NCBI RefSeq assembly: GCF_058153355.1 | Contig: NZ_CM177019.1 | Reading direction: 5' to 3' (one strand) | DNA: 64,000 bases | Part shown: positions 20,127 to 34,960 of the stretch, in pieces | How positions within the stretch are numbered: the first letter of the stretch is position 1 | Layout: each line of letters opens with the position of its first letter | Made by a program: the position numbers and the translations under genes | The notes under the pieces: model-generated | The model's database searches: none | What the model was told of the DNA's origin: nothing | Seen by the model: the letters and a program-made list of their open reading frames with translations, nothing else

Positions 20127-20893
20127 TGAGCAATTTATTAGGCCCCCGTGACGCCAACGGCATTCCGGTCCCGATGACGGTGGATGAATCCATCGCCAGT
20201 ATGAAGGCGTCGTTACTGAAAAAAATCAAACGTTCTGCCTACGTTTACCGCGTGGACTGCGGCGGCTGCAACGGCTGCGAAATTGAAATTTTCGCAACCT
20301 TATCGCCGCTGTTCGATGCAGAACGCTTCGGCATTAAAGTCGTTCCGTCTCCGCGTCATGCGGATATTTTACTGTTTACCGGCGCGGTCACCCGTGCAAT
20401 GCGATCCCCTGCGCTGCGTGCGTGGCAGTCCGCGCCGGACCCGAAAATCTGTATCTCCTACGGTGCCTGCGGTAACAGCGGCGGGATCTTCCACGATCTC
20501 TACTGCGTGTGGGGGGGGACGGATAAAATCGTCCCGGTGGATGTCTACATTCCGGGGTGCCCGCCAACGCCAGCCGCCACGCTGTACGGCTTTGCAATGG
20601 CGCTCGGCCTGCTGGAGCAGAAAATTCACGCCCGTGGGCCGGGTGAACTGGATGAACAACCGGCAGAGATCCTGCATGGCGATATGGTGCAGCCGCTGCG
20701 TGTAAAAGTAGATCGCGAAGCACGCCGCCTGGCGGGTTATCGTTACGGTCGCCAGATTGCCGATGATTTCCTGACGCAGTTAGGGCAGGGTGAAGAGCAG
20801 GTTGCACGCTGGCTGGAAGCGGAAAACGATCCGCGTCTGAACGAGATTGTCAGCCATCTGAATCATGTTGTTGAAGAGGCGCGTATTCGATGA
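20126..20893 (+). CDS. hycG: Hydrogenase 3 small subunit
   Basis: 255-aa ORF. Confidence 0.95.
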   Translation: MSNLLGPRDANGIPVPMTVDESIASMKASLLKKIKRSAYVYRVDCGGCNGCEIEIFATLSPLFDAERFGIKVVPSPRHADILLFTGAVTRAMRSPALRAWQSAPDPKICISYGACGNSGGIFHDLYCVWGGTDKIVPVDVYIPGCPPTPAATLYGFAMALGLLEQKIHARGPGELDEQPAEILHGDMVQPLRVKVDREARRLAGYRYGRQIADDFLTQLGQGEEQVARWLEAENDPRLNEIVSHLNHVVEEARIR

Positions 20894-21300
20894 GTGAAAA
20901 GGTGGTGTTCAGTCAACTGAGCCGTAAATTTATTGATGAGAACGATGCTACGCCCGCCGAGGCGCAGCAGGTGGTCTATTACAGCCTGGCGATTGGTCAC
21001 CACCTTGGGGTTATCGATTGCCTGGAAGCCGCGCTCACCTGCCCGTGGGATGAATATCTGGCATGGATTGCCACTCTGGAGGCGGGCAGCGAAGCCCGCC
21101 GCAAAATGGAAGGCGTGCCAAAATATGGTGAGATCGTTATCGACATTAACCATGTGCCGATGCTGGCCAACGCATTCGATAAAGCCCGGGCAGCGCAAAC
21201 TTCGCAGCAGAAGGAATGGAGTACCATGCTGTTAAGTATGCTGCATGATATTTATCAGGAAAATGCCATCTATTTGATGGTGAGGAGACTGCGTGACTGA
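20890..21300 (+). CDS. hycH: Formate hydrogenlyase maturation protein HycH
   Basis: 136-aa ORF. Confidence 0.93.
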   Translation: MSEKVVFSQLSRKFIDENDATPAEAQQVVYYSLAIGHHLGVIDCLEAALTCPWDEYLAWIATLEAGSEARRKMEGVPKYGEIVIDINHVPMLANAFDKARAAQTSQQKEWSTMLLSMLHDIYQENAIYLMVRRLRD

Positions 21301-21763
21301 CGTTTTACTCTGTGTTGGCAATAGCATGATGGGCGATGATGGCGCAGGTCCGCTGCTGGCGGAAAAGTGCGCCGCCGCGCCGAAAGGTAACTGGGTGGTG
21401 ATTGACGGCGGAAGCGCACCGGAAAATGACATTGTCGCCATCCGCGAACTGCGCCCGACGCGACTGCTGATTGTCGACGCTACGGATATGGGGCTAAACC
21501 CCGGCGAGATCCGCATCATCGACCCGGATGACATCGCTGAGATGTTTATGATGACTACCCATAACATGCCGCTGAACTACCTTATCGACCAGTTAAAAGA
21601 AGACATTGGCGAAGTGATTTTCCTCGGCATCCAGCCGGATATCGTCGGTTTTTACTACCCGATGACCCAGCCGATTAAAGATGCGGTAGAAACCGTTTAT
21701 CAACGACTTGAAGGCTGGGAAGGGAATGGTGGATTTGCGCAGTTAGCGGTGGAAGAAGAGTAG
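21293..21763 (+). CDS. hycI: Hydrogenase 3 maturation endopeptidase
   Basis: 156-aa [25 protein letters not shown]... Confidence 0.95.
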   Translation: MTDVLLCVGNSMMGDDGAGPLLAEKCAAAPKGNWVVIDGGSAPENDIVAIRELRPTRLLIVDATDMGLNPGEIRIIDPDDIAEMFMMTTHNMPLNYLIDQLKEDIGEVIFLGIQPDIVGFYYPMTQPIKDAVETVYQRLEGWEGNGGFAQLAVEEE

Positions 21764-21787
21764 TTTTTCAGTAAGGAATTCAGGGAA

Positions 21788-22156
21788 TTGAAAATCAGAA
21801 CAGGGATGTGCGCTTTTTTATTTTGCTTAGTGCTTCCTACGCAGGCTACCAGCTTTACCGAATATCTGCCAATGAGTGACAGCGAATACGCGCAAAAGCG
21901 GGCGCTGAAACCTCTCCTGACTATGCCTTATTATACCGAGCAAACCTGGCATTTTAGAAAAGTGGGCGTTGCTGGCGTGACGCTTGAGAAGATGCCAAAT
22001 GAAGAGGATTACTGGCAATTAACTGCTAAAGACCGCGCCGGTAAATCCTGGAAGGTGCCTGTGGGTATGCTGGCAAATATGGCGGGCAAAGGGCAACTCT
22101 ATCGCGCCGATCTGGATCGTAACGGCATTCAGGATCTGGTTACCAAGTGCTGGTAA
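21788..22156 (+). CDS. Hypothetical secreted protein (N-terminal part of a possibly split gene), accessory
   Basis: 122-aa ORF with signal-peptide-like N-terminus MCAFLFCLVLPTQA and a DLDRNGIQDL motif; no K-12 counterpart at this locus. Confidence 0.45.
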   Translation: MKIRTGMCAFLFCLVLPTQATSFTEYLPMSDSEYAQKRALKPLLTMPYYTEQTWHFRKVGVAGVTLEKMPNEEDYWQLTAKDRAGKSWKVPVGMLANMAGKGQLYRADLDRNGIQDLVTKCW

Positions 22157-22187
22157 TGGTCTGGCTCCTTATGCACATTTAATCCTT

Positions 22188-22553
22188 ATGACGTTCACGC
22201 GCGATGGTCGTCCCTGTGTCTTTGAACCCTGGGGATTCTACACCGCAAGCAAAACTGGCGTAGATGATTTGCTGGATTTGCAAGGCAATGGCCACACACA
22301 ATTGCTGGATATGCAGTTTAATTCTGGTTACTGGATAACCAGTCTGTATCAGGTAAAAGACGCCAAATGGCAACGTGTTCACGGCTGGTTTGGCAAGTTA
22401 AGCTATCCCGCGCTCACGCGTTTTACTTATACCCCCAACCGTAAACTCGTCCTCAAACCCATTGCCGGGCGTGACCCGCAAACGGAAGATTTAGCGCTGA
22501 CGCAGCGTTGTTTGATAACAGGGGATGTGCTTGATGGGGTGAATCAGAACTGA
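22188..22553 (+). CDS. Hypothetical protein (possible C-terminal part of the same split gene), accessory
   Basis: 121-aa ORF in a different frame 31 bp after the previous stop; contains a DLLDLQGNGHTQLLD motif. Confidence 0.4.
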   Translation: MTFTRDGRPCVFEPWGFYTASKTGVDDLLDLQGNGHTQLLDMQFNSGYWITSLYQVKDAKWQRVHGWFGKLSYPALTRFTYTPNRKLVLKPIAGRDPQTEDLALTQRCLITGDVLDGVNQN

Positions 22554-22715
22554 CTTTTTGCAGAGTGGGTATGAGGATTTTGGGGGAGAATTATATCGCG
22601 CGCAAGTGTTTACATATTGTGAACTTGGATTTGGTGAGCTATAGTTTCTGAACACATAAGGATAGAACTCGCAGATGTGGCTGTTTACTTACTATAAGGA
22701 AGTTAAAACTTAAAA

Positions 22716-23027
22716 ATGCACATCATTTCGAAAGCGCCATTTGAAGAGTCTGCGCGCAAATATCCTAACGACGCTCTGGCTCTACACTCATTGTATCGGG
22801 TTATTAAGGAAACGGATTTTTCTACGCCAGAAGAAATGCGAACGGCGTTTCCCAACCTCGACAATTTTAAATATCGCAACAAATGGTACGTTCTGGATGT
22901 CGGCGGGAACAATCTTAGGGTTATTGCCTACATAAACTTTGTTAATAAGCGGTTCTTTGTGAAGCACATAACGAATCATGCCGAGTATGACAAACTGACA
23001 CGTTACTACAGAGAGAACAAAGAATGA
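22716..23027 (+). CDS. HigB-like toxin (RelE/ParE superfamily mRNA interferase)
   Basis: 103-aa ORF; similar in length and conserved segments (FPNLDNFKY, VGGNNLRV, H..YD) to E. coli HigB; toxin gene precedes antitoxin with a 4-nt ATGA overlap. Confidence 0.75.
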   Translation: MHIISKAPFEESARKYPNDALALHSLYRVIKETDFSTPEEMRTAFPNLDNFKYRNKWYVLDVGGNNLRVIAYINFVNKRFFVKHITNHAEYDKLTRYYRENKE

Positions 23028-23443
23028 CTGCTAATGCTGCACGCGCTGTTAAAGCAACAAGAGAACTGGTCAATGCAGTCCCCTTTCTGGGAGGCAGTGA
23101 CTCAGAAGATGATTATCGTGAAGCACTGGAACTGGTCGAATATTTGATTGAAGAAGATGACACCAATCCACTTATCGACTTTCTGGCGAGCCGCATTGCA
23201 GAGTATGAAAACAACCACGAAAAGTTTGCAGAGTTCGACAAAGCCGTTGCTGCAATGCCGGTTGGCGTGGCGTTACTTCGCACGTTGATTGATCAACATA
23301 ATCTGACCTATGCGGATTTGAAGAACGAAATCGGCTCTAAATCCCTGGTCAGTCAGATTTTGTCTGGACAAAGATCCCTGACGATATCCCACATTAAGGC
23401 ACTTTCAGCCCGATTTGGCGTTAAGCCGGAATGGTTTCTTTGA
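23024..23443 (+). CDS. HigA-like antitoxin (XRE-family HTH)
   Basis: 139-aa ORF; C-terminal segment IGSKSLVSQILSGQRSLTISHIKALSARFGV matches the HigA HTH region. Confidence 0.75.
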   Translation: MTANAARAVKATRELVNAVPFLGGSDSEDDYREALELVEYLIEEDDTNPLIDFLASRIAEYENNHEKFAEFDKAVAAMPVGVALLRTLIDQHNLTYADLKNEIGSKSLVSQILSGQRSLTISHIKALSARFGVKPEWFL

Positions 23444-23488
23444 TTTTGACTGATGCCAAACGCCAGATTGCCCGATGCGCAACGCTTA

Positions 23489-24718
<1,230 letters not shown>

Positions 24719-24748
24719 CATGCCTGCAATCTGGGAAACCGGGGTAGA

Positions 24749-24779
<31 letters not shown>

Positions 24780-24790
24780 TGTCGCACGAA

Positions 24791-24831
24791 CTATGTAGGC
24801 CGGATAAGGCGTTCACGCCGCATCCGGCACG
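24791..24831. repeat. REP element flanking the IS right end
   Basis: ctatgtaggccggataaggcgttcacgccgcatccggcacg, canonical REP palindrome. Confidence 0.8.
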
Positions 24832-24836
24832 TTTGC

Positions 24837-27727
<2,891 letters not shown>

Positions 27728-27983
27728 CGGATTTTATCCTGTTATCAGTAGGGTAGAGGTAGTTGTTATCAGTCGACGTGACGGGAAATTGCCGATGCTG
27801 AAACGGAATTAAGAAACCGGTTTCACAAAATCATGAATAGTTGATACTGATTAAGCAAGAGAGTTAATTGCTCATTTTTTATATTTGTGAAACCGGTCAC
27901 CTGAATATTTTTCCCGCTGCTTGCGCAAGGACAATCAGCCAACGGTGCAGTACACTGCGTTGATTGCGTGTAAAGGGATGAAA

Positions 27984-28997
27984 ATGATGACGACGATGCT
28001 GGAAGTGGCGAAGCGCGCCGGGGTTTCAAAAGCGACCGTTTCCCGCGTGCTTTCAGGTAATGGCTACGTCAGCCAGGAAACTAAAGATCGCGTGTTTCAG
28101 GCGGTGGAAGAGAGCGGCTACCGCCCAAATTTGCTGGCGCGCAATCTGTCAGCGAAGAGTACCCAGACGCTGGGGCTGGTAGTGACCAACAGGCTTTACC
28201 ACGGCATTTATTTTAGTGAATTACTGTTTCATACCGCGAGAATGGCGGAAGAGAAAGGGCGTCAGCTGCTATTGGCAGATGGCAAACATAGCGCCGAAGA
28301 AGAACGCCAGGCGATTCAGTATCTACTGGATCTGCGCTGCGACGCCATTATGATTTACCCGCGCTTTTTAAGCGTGGATGAGATTGATGACATCATTGAT
28401 GCACACAATCAGCCGATAATGGTGCTCAATCGCCGCCTGCGCAAAAACAGTAGCCATAGCGTCTGGTGCGATCATAAACAGACCAGCTTTAACGCCGTGG
28501 CAGAGTTGATAAACGCCGGACATCAGGAGATTGCTTTCCTTACCGGTTCGATGGATTCCCCCACCAGCATTGAACGCCTTGCCGGATATAAAGACGCGCT
28601 GGCGCAGCATGGTATTGCACTCAATGAAAAACTTATCGCTAACGGTAAATGGACGCCTGCCAGCGGGGCCGAAGGGGTAGAAACGTTGCTCGAACGTGGG
28701 GCTAAATTTAGCGCGTTAGTTGCCAGTAACGACGATATGGCGATAGGTGCGATGAAAGCGTTGCATGACCGTGGTGTAGCGGTGCCGGAGCAAGTATCGG
28801 TTATTGGATTTGATGATATCGCAATTGCCCCCTACACCGTTCCGGCGCTCTCCAGCGTAAAAATTCCGGTGACTGAGATGATTCAGGAAATAATTGGGCG
28901 GCTGATATTTATGCTCGATGGTGGTGCTTACACACCGCCGAAAACCTTCAGCGGAAAACTGATCCGCCGCGACTCCCTCATTGATCTTTCGCGATAA
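27984..28997 (+). CDS. ascG: asc operon repressor (LacI/GalR family)
   Basis: 337 aa from MTTMLEVAKRAGVSKATVSRVLSG... (HTH); exact start among three adjacent ATGs is uncertain. Confidence 0.88.
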   Translation: MMTTMLEVAKRAGVSKATVSRVLSGNGYVSQETKDRVFQAVEESGYRPNLLARNLSAKSTQTLGLVVTNRLYHGIYFSELLFHTARMAEEKGRQLLLADGKHSAEEERQAIQYLLDLRCDAIMIYPRFLSVDEIDDIIDAHNQPIMVLNRRLRKNSSHSVWCDHKQTSFNAVAELINAGHQEIAFLTGSMDSPTSIERLAGYKDALAQHGIALNEKLIANGKWTPASGAEGVETLLERGAKFSALVASNDDMAIGAMKALHDRGVAVPEQVSVIGFDDIAIAPYTVPALSSVKIPVTEMIQEIIGRLIFMLDGGAYTPPKTFSGKLIRRDSLIDLSR

Positions 28998-29009
28998 GCA
29001 TTGTCATCA

Positions 29010-29048
29010 CATGTCATCGTCACTAGTGTCGATGACATCGTTTTTTCT
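29010..29048 (+). terminator. Rho-independent terminator after ascG
   Basis: Inverted repeat catgtcatcg...cgatgacatcg followed by tttttt. Confidence 0.6.
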
Positions 29049-29145
29049 GCATTGCAGAATTTAATTTCTTTAAATAACAATCAATTAAAAATTGGCATGA
29101 TTTGTGAATGTATCGGCGCATTAACTGTCATTGCTGGAGAATTTG

Positions 29146-29673
29146 ATGAACCGTTTCATCATTGCTGACGCGAGTAAATGTATTGGTTGTCGTACCTGTG
29201 AAGTGGCGTGCGTGGTTTCTCATCAGGAGAATCAGGACTGTGCATCGCTGACCCCGGAAACTTTTTTACCGCGAATCCATGTCATTAAAGGTGTGAACAT
29301 TTCCACGGCGACAGTCTGCCGTCAGTGTGAAGATGCACCGTGCGCTAACGTCTGCCCGAATGGTGCTATCAGCCGTGATAAAGGGTTTGTTCATGTCATG
29401 CAGGAACGTTGCATTGGTTGCAAAACCTGCGTTGTGGCTTGCCCGTATGGTGCGATGGAAGTGGTAGTGCGTCCGGTGATTCGCAACAGCGGCGCAGGGC
29501 TTAACGTACGCGCTGACAAAGCCGAAGCTAATAAATGCGACCTCTGTAACCATCGTGAAGACGGCCCGGCCTGTATGGCTGCTTGCCCGACCCATGCGCT
29601 GATTTGTGTCGATCGTAATAAACTTGAACAACTGAGCGCAGAAAAACGCCGCCGCACGGCGCTGATGTTCTAA
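29146..29673 (+). CDS. hydN: Electron-transport ferredoxin-type protein HydN
   Basis: 175 aa from [22 protein letters not shown]..., four CxxCxxCxxxCP motifs in one uninterrupted ORF. Confidence 0.93.
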   Translation: MNRFIIADASKCIGCRTCEVACVVSHQENQDCASLTPETFLPRIHVIKGVNISTATVCRQCEDAPCANVCPNGAISRDKGFVHVMQERCIGCKTCVVACPYGAMEVVVRPVIRNSGAGLNVRADKAEANKCDLCNHREDGPACMAACPTHALICVDRNKLEQLSAEKRRRTALMF

Positions 29674-29825
29674 AAATCTTACAGAACTGTTCTGGCATCA
29701 AAGGAATTCCCGGAAATATTCGTAGAATACGGAGCGGGCGGTATCGCCAACCTGTGACTACCGGATGCGACGCGGTCGTGTCCGGCTGGGCGGGTTACGC
29801 AATTCATGATGGCGGGAATAACTCA

Positions 29826-32078
29826 ATGGCAAAAAACACATCTTGCGGTGTCCAACTGCGTATTCGTGGCAAAGTGCAGGGCGTCGGTTTTCGTCCCTTT
29901 GTCTGGCAACTGGCACAGCAATTAAATCTTCACGGCGATGTCTGTAATGACGGCGATGGCGTAGAAGTCCGGCTGCTGGAAGACCCGGAAACGTTTCTTG
30001 TTCAATTGCATCAGGATTGTCCGCCGCTGGCGCGTATTGATAGCGTCGAATGTGAGCCGTTTATCTGGATGCAGCCGCCCACTGAGTTCATCATCCGCCA
30101 GAGTGCGGGCGGCGTCATGAATACGCAAATTGTTCCCGATGCCGCTACTTGTCCTGCCTGTCTTGCCGAAATGAATACCCCAGGCGAACGGCGTTATCGT
30201 TATCCGTTTATCAACTGTACCCATTGCGGCCCGCGTTTCACCATTATTCGCGCGATGCCTTACGACCGTCCATTTACCGTGATGGCGGCGTTTCCGCTAT
30301 GTCCGGCCTGCGATAAAGAATATCGCGACCCGCTCGATCGTCGCTTCCACGCCCAGCCGGTGGCCTGCCCGGAGTGTGGCCCACATCTTGAATGGCTAAG
30401 TCATGGTGAACATGCGAAACAAGAGGCGGCATTACAGGCGGCTATCGCTCAGTTAAAAATGGGCAACATTGTCGCTATCAAAGGGATTGGCGGATTTCAT
30501 CTCGCCTGCGATGCGCGTAACAGTAGCGCGGTGGCGACACTACGGGCGCGCAAACATCGCCCGGCGAAACCGCTGGCGGTTATGTTGCCAACGGCAGAAG
30601 GTTTGCCCGACGCTGCCCGTCAGTTGCTCACCACGCCCGCCGCGCCGATTGTACTGGTGGATAAAATATATGTTCCGGAACTTTGTGACGATATCGCCCC
30701 TGGCCTTAACGAAGTCGGGGTGATGTTGCCTGCGAATCCGCTCCAGCATTTGCTGTTACAGGAACTGCAATGCCCACTGGTGATGACCTCCGGCAACCTG
30801 AGCGGTAAACCACCGGCTATCAGCAACGAACAGGCGCTGGAGGACTTGCAGGACATTGCCGACGGATTCTTGATTCATAACCGCGACATCGTGCAGCGGA
30901 TGGATGATTCAGTGGTGCGCGAAAGTGGCGAAATGTTGCGCCGCTCGCGGGGGTATGTACCGGATGCGCTGGCTTTGCCTCCGGGCTTTAAAAATATTCC
31001 TCCTGTGCTGTGTCTCGGTGCGGATCTGAAAAATACCTTCTGTCTGGTGCGTGGTGAACAGTCGGTGTTGAGTCAACATTTGGGCGATTTAAGTGACGAT
31101 GGCATTCAGATGCAGTGGCGCGAAGCGTTGCGCCTGATGCAAAACATCTACGATTTTACTCCACAGTTTGTGGTGCATGATGCGCATCCGGGCTATGTCT
31201 CCAGCCAGTGGGCGCGTGAGATGAATCTGCCGACGCAAACGGTGCTGCATCACCATGCCCACGCGGCGGCGTGTCTGGCAGAACATCACTGGCCGCTGGA
31301 TGGCGGTGATGTCATTGCTTTGACGCTCGACGGTATTGGTATGGGCGAGAACGGCGCTTTATGGGGCGGCGAGTGCTTGCGGGTGAACTATCGCGAATGC
31401 CAGCACCTGGGCGGTTTGCCTGCGGTGGCGCTTGCTGGTGGCGATTTGGCTGCAAAGCAGCCGTGGCGAAACCTGCTGGCGCAGTGCCTGCGCTTTGTAC
31501 CGGAGTGGCAGAATTACCCTGAAACGGCAAGTGTGCAACAGCAAAACTGGAGCGTGCTGGCGCGGGCCATTGAGCGTGGAATTAACGCGCCGCTGGCGTC
31601 ATCGTGTGGGCGTTTGTTCGATGCTGTGGCGGCGGCACTGGGCTGTGCGCCAGCCACGTTAAGTTATGAAGGTGAAGCGGCTTGTGCTCTGGAGGCGCTC
31701 GCAGCTTCGTGCCACGGAGTGACGCATCCGGTGACGATGCTGCTGGTGGACAATCAACTGGATCTCGCCACTTTCTGGCAGCAGTGGCTGAACTGGCAGG
31801 CACCGGTTAATCAACGCGCGTGGGCATTTCATGATGCGCTGGCGCAGGGTTTTGCCGCGTTGATGCGTGAGCAGGCCACGATGTGCGGTATCACTACGCT
31901 GGTATTTAGCGGTGGGGTTATTCATAACCGTTTGCTGCGTGCACGTCTGGCGCATTATCTTGCTGATTTTACGTTGCTCTTCCCGCAGAGTTTACCGGCG
32001 GGGGATGGCGGGTTGTCTCTGGGGCAGGGGGTTATTGTTGCGGCCCGTTGGGTGGCGGGTGAAGTCCAGAACGGATAA
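29826..32078 (+). CDS. hypF: Carbamoyltransferase HypF
   Basis: 750 aa from [27 protein letters not shown]... (acylphosphatase domain, zinc fingers, YrdC and Kae1-like domains). Confidence 0.95.
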   Translation: MAKNTSCGVQLRIRGKVQGVGFRPFVWQLAQQLNLHGDVCNDGDGVEVRLLEDPETFLVQLHQDCPPLARIDSVECEPFIWMQPPTEFIIRQSAGGVMNTQIVPDAATCPACLAEMNTPGERRYRYPFINCTHCGPRFTIIRAMPYDRPFTVMAAFPLCPACDKEYRDPLDRRFHAQPVACPECGPHLEWLSHGEHAKQEAALQAAIAQLKMGNIVAIKGIGGFHLACDARNSSAVATLRARKHRPAKPLAVMLPTAEGLPDAARQLLTTPAAPIVLVDKIYVPELCDDIAPGLNEVGVMLPANPLQHLLLQELQCPLVMTSGNLSGKPPAISNEQALEDLQDIADGFLIHNRDIVQRMDDSVVRESGEMLRRSRGYVPDALALPPGFKNIPPVLCLGADLKNTFCLVRGEQSVLSQHLGDLSDDGIQMQWREALRLMQNIYDFTPQFVVHDAHPGYVSSQWAREMNLPTQTVLHHHAHAAACLAEHHWPLDGGDVIALTLDGIGMGENGALWGGECLRVNYRECQHLGGLPAVALAGGDLAAKQPWRNLLAQCLRFVPEWQNYPETASVQQQNWSVLARAIERGINAPLASSCGRLFDAVAAALGCAPATLSYEGEAACALEALAASCHGVTHPVTMLLVDNQLDLATFWQQWLNWQAPVNQRAWAFHDALAQGFAALMREQATMCGITTLVFSGGVIHNRLLRARLAHYLADFTLLFPQSLPAGDGGLSLGQGVIVAARWVAGEVQNG

Positions 32079-32092
32079 ACGTGTTGCATTTG

Positions 32093-32186
32093 GATGCAGT
32101 GCCGGATGCGGCGTGAACGCCTTATCCGGCCAACACATGCGCTCCCCGTAGGTCGGATAAGACGCGCCAGCGTCGCATCCGACATT
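32093..32186. repeat. BIME/REP cluster between hypF and norW
   Basis: Two REP-like palindromes (gccggatgcggcgtgaacgccttatccggcc and gtaggtcggataagacgcgccagcgtcgcatccgac). Confidence 0.8.
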
Positions 32187-32204
32187 TTGGGCACACTAGC
32201 CCGC

Positions 32205-33338
32205 CTACATCGGCAAGGTTTTCAACAATCCAAACGCCTCTTTCATCCGATCCTCACTGACTACAAAGGCGCGAAGCTGGTCGGCATCGTCAACGCCGCG
32301 CGCCACCATTCCCTGGCTTTCGGTACAAATCTGCCAGTGCAAATCCCGACGCTGGGTTTCGCCTGCCAGATGCAGCGGTAATTCCGGCGTTTTGATTTTC
32401 ACCAGCATCGCCGGTAGTTTCAGCGACGTGTTATTGCCGAGAAGATTTTTTGCCAGCACCATCGCGCTAAGTTGAATCGGCTGGAGGAACGGCAATACCT
32501 GACCGTTAATTTCCGCGCAATCGCCCAGCGCATAAATATCGGCATTACTGGTTTGCAGATAACTATCGACGCAAACGCCGCGATTAATCGTCAGCCCGGC
32601 GCGTCGTGCCAGGGCGGTTTCCGGGCGCAGTCCGGTGGCGGCAATTACCGCATCCACTTCGATGCTGCGCTGGCGGTCCAGCGTTGCCAGAATGCCAGAA
32701 TCCGTTTTTTCCAGCCCCTGCAACTGAGATTTCAACAGCAGATAAACGCCCATCTCCGTCAACCGATGCTGCAAGCGGCTGCTTACTTCCGGTGGCATTA
32801 ACGACGCCAGAATACTGGCAGCGTTGTCGATTAGCGTGACCGCTTTGCCTGCCCGACAAAAATCCATCGCCAGTTCGCTACCAATCAAACCACCGCCTAC
32901 AATCAACACCCGTCGGGCATCCCGCAGTTGTGTTTCACAGGCGCGATACTCTTGCTGACTATTTAACGTCAGCATTAACTCACGCCCAGGAACCGGCGGG
33001 ACAAAGGCGTTGGCACCGGTTGCCAGCACTAGCTTGTCGTATTGCCACTGATTATTCTGGCTTTTCACCACATGGGCTTCGGCATCGATATCCGTCACCC
33101 AGGTGTGCGGAAACAGGCGCAGATTAAACTGCTCGGCAAATTCACCCGCCGTCTGGCGGGTAAGGTCGTCGGCACGTTGCCCCTGACTGATCACATGGCT
33201 AAGATCAGGTTTGTTGTACTCATCCATGCTGTCGGCGGCAATCAGAGTCAATGGAATACCGGTATCCTGTTTACGAATATTTTTCACCAGTTGGCGGGCG
33301 GCGAAGCCTGAACCAATGATCACAATGCCGTTGCTCAT
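32205..33338 (-). CDS. norW: NADH:flavorubredoxin reductase
   Basis: 377-aa ORF with N-terminal GSGFAA Rossmann motif. Confidence 0.93.
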   Translation of the reverse strand: MSNGIVIIGSGFAARQLVKNIRKQDTGIPLTLIAADSMDEYNKPDLSHVISQGQRADDLTRQTAGEFAEQFNLRLFPHTWVTDIDAEAHVVKSQNNQWQYDKLVLATGANAFVPPVPGRELMLTLNSQQEYRACETQLRDARRVLIVGGGLIGSELAMDFCRAGKAVTLIDNAASILASLMPPEVSSRLQHRLTEMGVYLLLKSQLQGLEKTDSGILATLDRQRSIEVDAVIAATGLRPETALARRAGLTINRGVCVDSYLQTSNADIYALGDCAEINGQVLPFLQPIQLSAMVLAKNLLGNNTSLKLPAMLVKIKTPELPLHLAGETQRRDLHWQICTESQGMVARGVDDADQLRAFVVSEDRMKEAFGLLKTLPM

Positions 33339-34774
33339 TTTGCCTCCGATGCCAGTTCGTCAAAGACGTCTTTGCCGAGGGAGCATTCCGGGCACAGGAA
33401 GTTATCCGGGACTTCACTCCACGGCGTTCCTGGCGCAACGTCCTGCATTGGCTCGCCTTTTGCCGGATCGTAAATCCACTGGCAGACACTGCACTGCATC
33501 CGCGGACCGAGATCAGCCGTCGTGGTGGCACAGGTTTCTTCTTTAACCACTGTATTCACCGTGCTTTGCGGCAGCGGTGCGAGCGCCCACTGACGGGCGA
33601 TTTCACGACCGTGTTCACGGCATAATTCCAGTGCATCCTGGTCCGGTCGCCATTTGGCTTTCAGGCTAAGCGACATTTCGAAACCCGCATCTTGCAGGCG
33701 CGTGGAAAGACGATCCACGGCACCGCCGCTCCAGCCGTGAGAGCCGAAAGCACTGGCGCGTTTGTTACGGAAGCGTAATCCGGTCATCTCCTCCACCAGC
33801 CCGGCGATTTTCGGCATCATCACGTTATTCATCGTCGAAGTGCCAACCAGCACGCCTTTTGAGCGGAAGACATTGGTCAGGATTTCGTTTTTATCGCTTC
33901 GGGCGACGTTGAAAATTTTCACCGCCACGCGCGGGTCGGTTTCCGCAATCCCCTGGGCGATAGCGTCAGCCATCATGCGGGTGTTATTCGACACGGTGTC
34001 GTAGAAAATGGTGATTCTGTCTTCCTGATAATCCGCCGCCCATTTCAGGTACAGCTCGACAATTTGCGTCGGGTTATCGCGCCATACCACGCCGTGAGAG
34101 GTGGCAATCATATCGACCGGCAAGTTAAAGCCCAGGATCTCGGTGATTTTCGGCGTTACCAGGCGGCTGAACGGTGTCAGGATATTGGCGTAGTAACGCT
34201 GACACTGCTCGAAAAGCTCGGTCTGATCCACTTCATCGTTGAAGAGATGCTCGTCGCAGTAGTGCTGACCGAAAGCATCGTTACTGAACAGCACCGCGTC
34301 GCCCGTCAGGTAAGTCATCATGCTGTCCGGCCAGTGCAGCATTGGCGTTTCGACAAAAATGAGTTGTTTGCCGTTGCCGATATCCAGCGTGTCGCCGGTT
34401 TTCACCACGTTGAAATTCCACTCTGGATGATGGTGATGACCATTTATTGAGTCGATAGCGTTGGCAGTACAATAGATCGGCGTATCGGGAATTTGTGCCA
34501 TCAGTTCGGTCAGCGCCCCGGCGTGGTCCTCTTCAGCATGGTTAATCACGATGTAATCGATATCCGCCAGATCGATTTCATTACGCAGGTTCTGCACAAA
34601 TTCGCGGCTGAATTTATGGTCGACGGTGTCGATCAGCACGTTTTTTTCTTCGCGAATGAGGTAGCTGTTGTAGCTGCTGCCGCGCAGCGTTTTATATTCC
34701 GTGCCGTGAAAATCACGCACTTCCCAGTCACGTTGACCAACCCAATGAATGTTATTTTTCACCACAATAGACAT
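33335..34774 (-). CDS. norV: Anaerobic nitric oxide reductase flavorubredoxin
   Basis: 479-aa ORF, metallo-beta-lactamase/flavodoxin core and C-terminal rubredoxin CxxC...CxxC. Confidence 0.95.
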   Translation of the reverse strand: MSIVVKNNIHWVGQRDWEVRDFHGTEYKTLRGSSYNSYLIREEKNVLIDTVDHKFSREFVQNLRNEIDLADIDYIVINHAEEDHAGALTELMAQIPDTPIYCTANAIDSINGHHHHPEWNFNVVKTGDTLDIGNGKQLIFVETPMLHWPDSMMTYLTGDAVLFSNDAFGQHYCDEHLFNDEVDQTELFEQCQRYYANILTPFSRLVTPKITEILGFNLPVDMIATSHGVVWRDNPTQIVELYLKWAADYQEDRITIFYDTVSNNTRMMADAIAQGIAETDPRVAVKIFNVARSDKNEILTNVFRSKGVLVGTSTMNNVMMPKIAGLVEEMTGLRFRNKRASAFGSHGWSGGAVDRLSTRLQDAGFEMSLSLKAKWRPDQDALELCREHGREIARQWALAPLPQSTVNTVVKEETCATTTADLGPRMQCSVCQWIYDPAKGEPMQDVAPGTPWSEVPDNFLCPECSLGKDVFDELASEAK

Positions 34775-34820
34775 AGCAACCTCAATTTATTCAGCGTGTT
34801 CTAAAAAGATGTCTTGCTAA

Positions 34821-34838
34821 TTGCAGATTGCGTGCCAG
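34821..34838 (-). promoter_or_regulatory. sigma54 promoter of norVW
   Basis: Minus-strand CTGGCACgcaatcTGCAA, good -24/-12 match. Confidence 0.7.
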
Positions 34839-34892
34839 TTTTTTATCTGATTGTTTTTACTATATAAATAAAATTATGCTCATTAATGAGTA

Positions 34893-34948
34893 GTCAAAAT
34901 GACTATCAATAAAATGGTCGATATGACAATATCTATAGTCAAATTGAC
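34893..34948. promoter_or_regulatory. Three NorR binding sites (GT-N7-AC) in the norR-norV intergenic region
   Basis: gtcaaaatgac (34893-34903), gtcgatatgac (34917-34927), gtcaaattgac (34938-34948). Confidence 0.75.
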
Positions 34949-34960
34949 AGTGAGGCAAAG

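Noticed and set aside
27921-27983. Upstream extension of ascG (358-aa version)
   Set aside because: The HTH-containing conserved N-terminus begins at MTTMLEV; the extension lacks a ribosome-binding site and conservation.
29010-29048. Palindrome catgtcatcg...cgatgacatcg upstream of hydN as an FhlA activator site
   Set aside because: It is immediately followed by a T-run and lies just after the ascG stop, so a rho-independent terminator is the simpler reading; an overlapping regulatory role is not excluded.
29126-29145. sigma54 promoter for hydN at ttggcatgatttgtgaa
   Set aside because: The -24 element TGGCAT is acceptable but the -12 position reads TGA rather than the conserved GC, so it is too weak to call from sequence alone.
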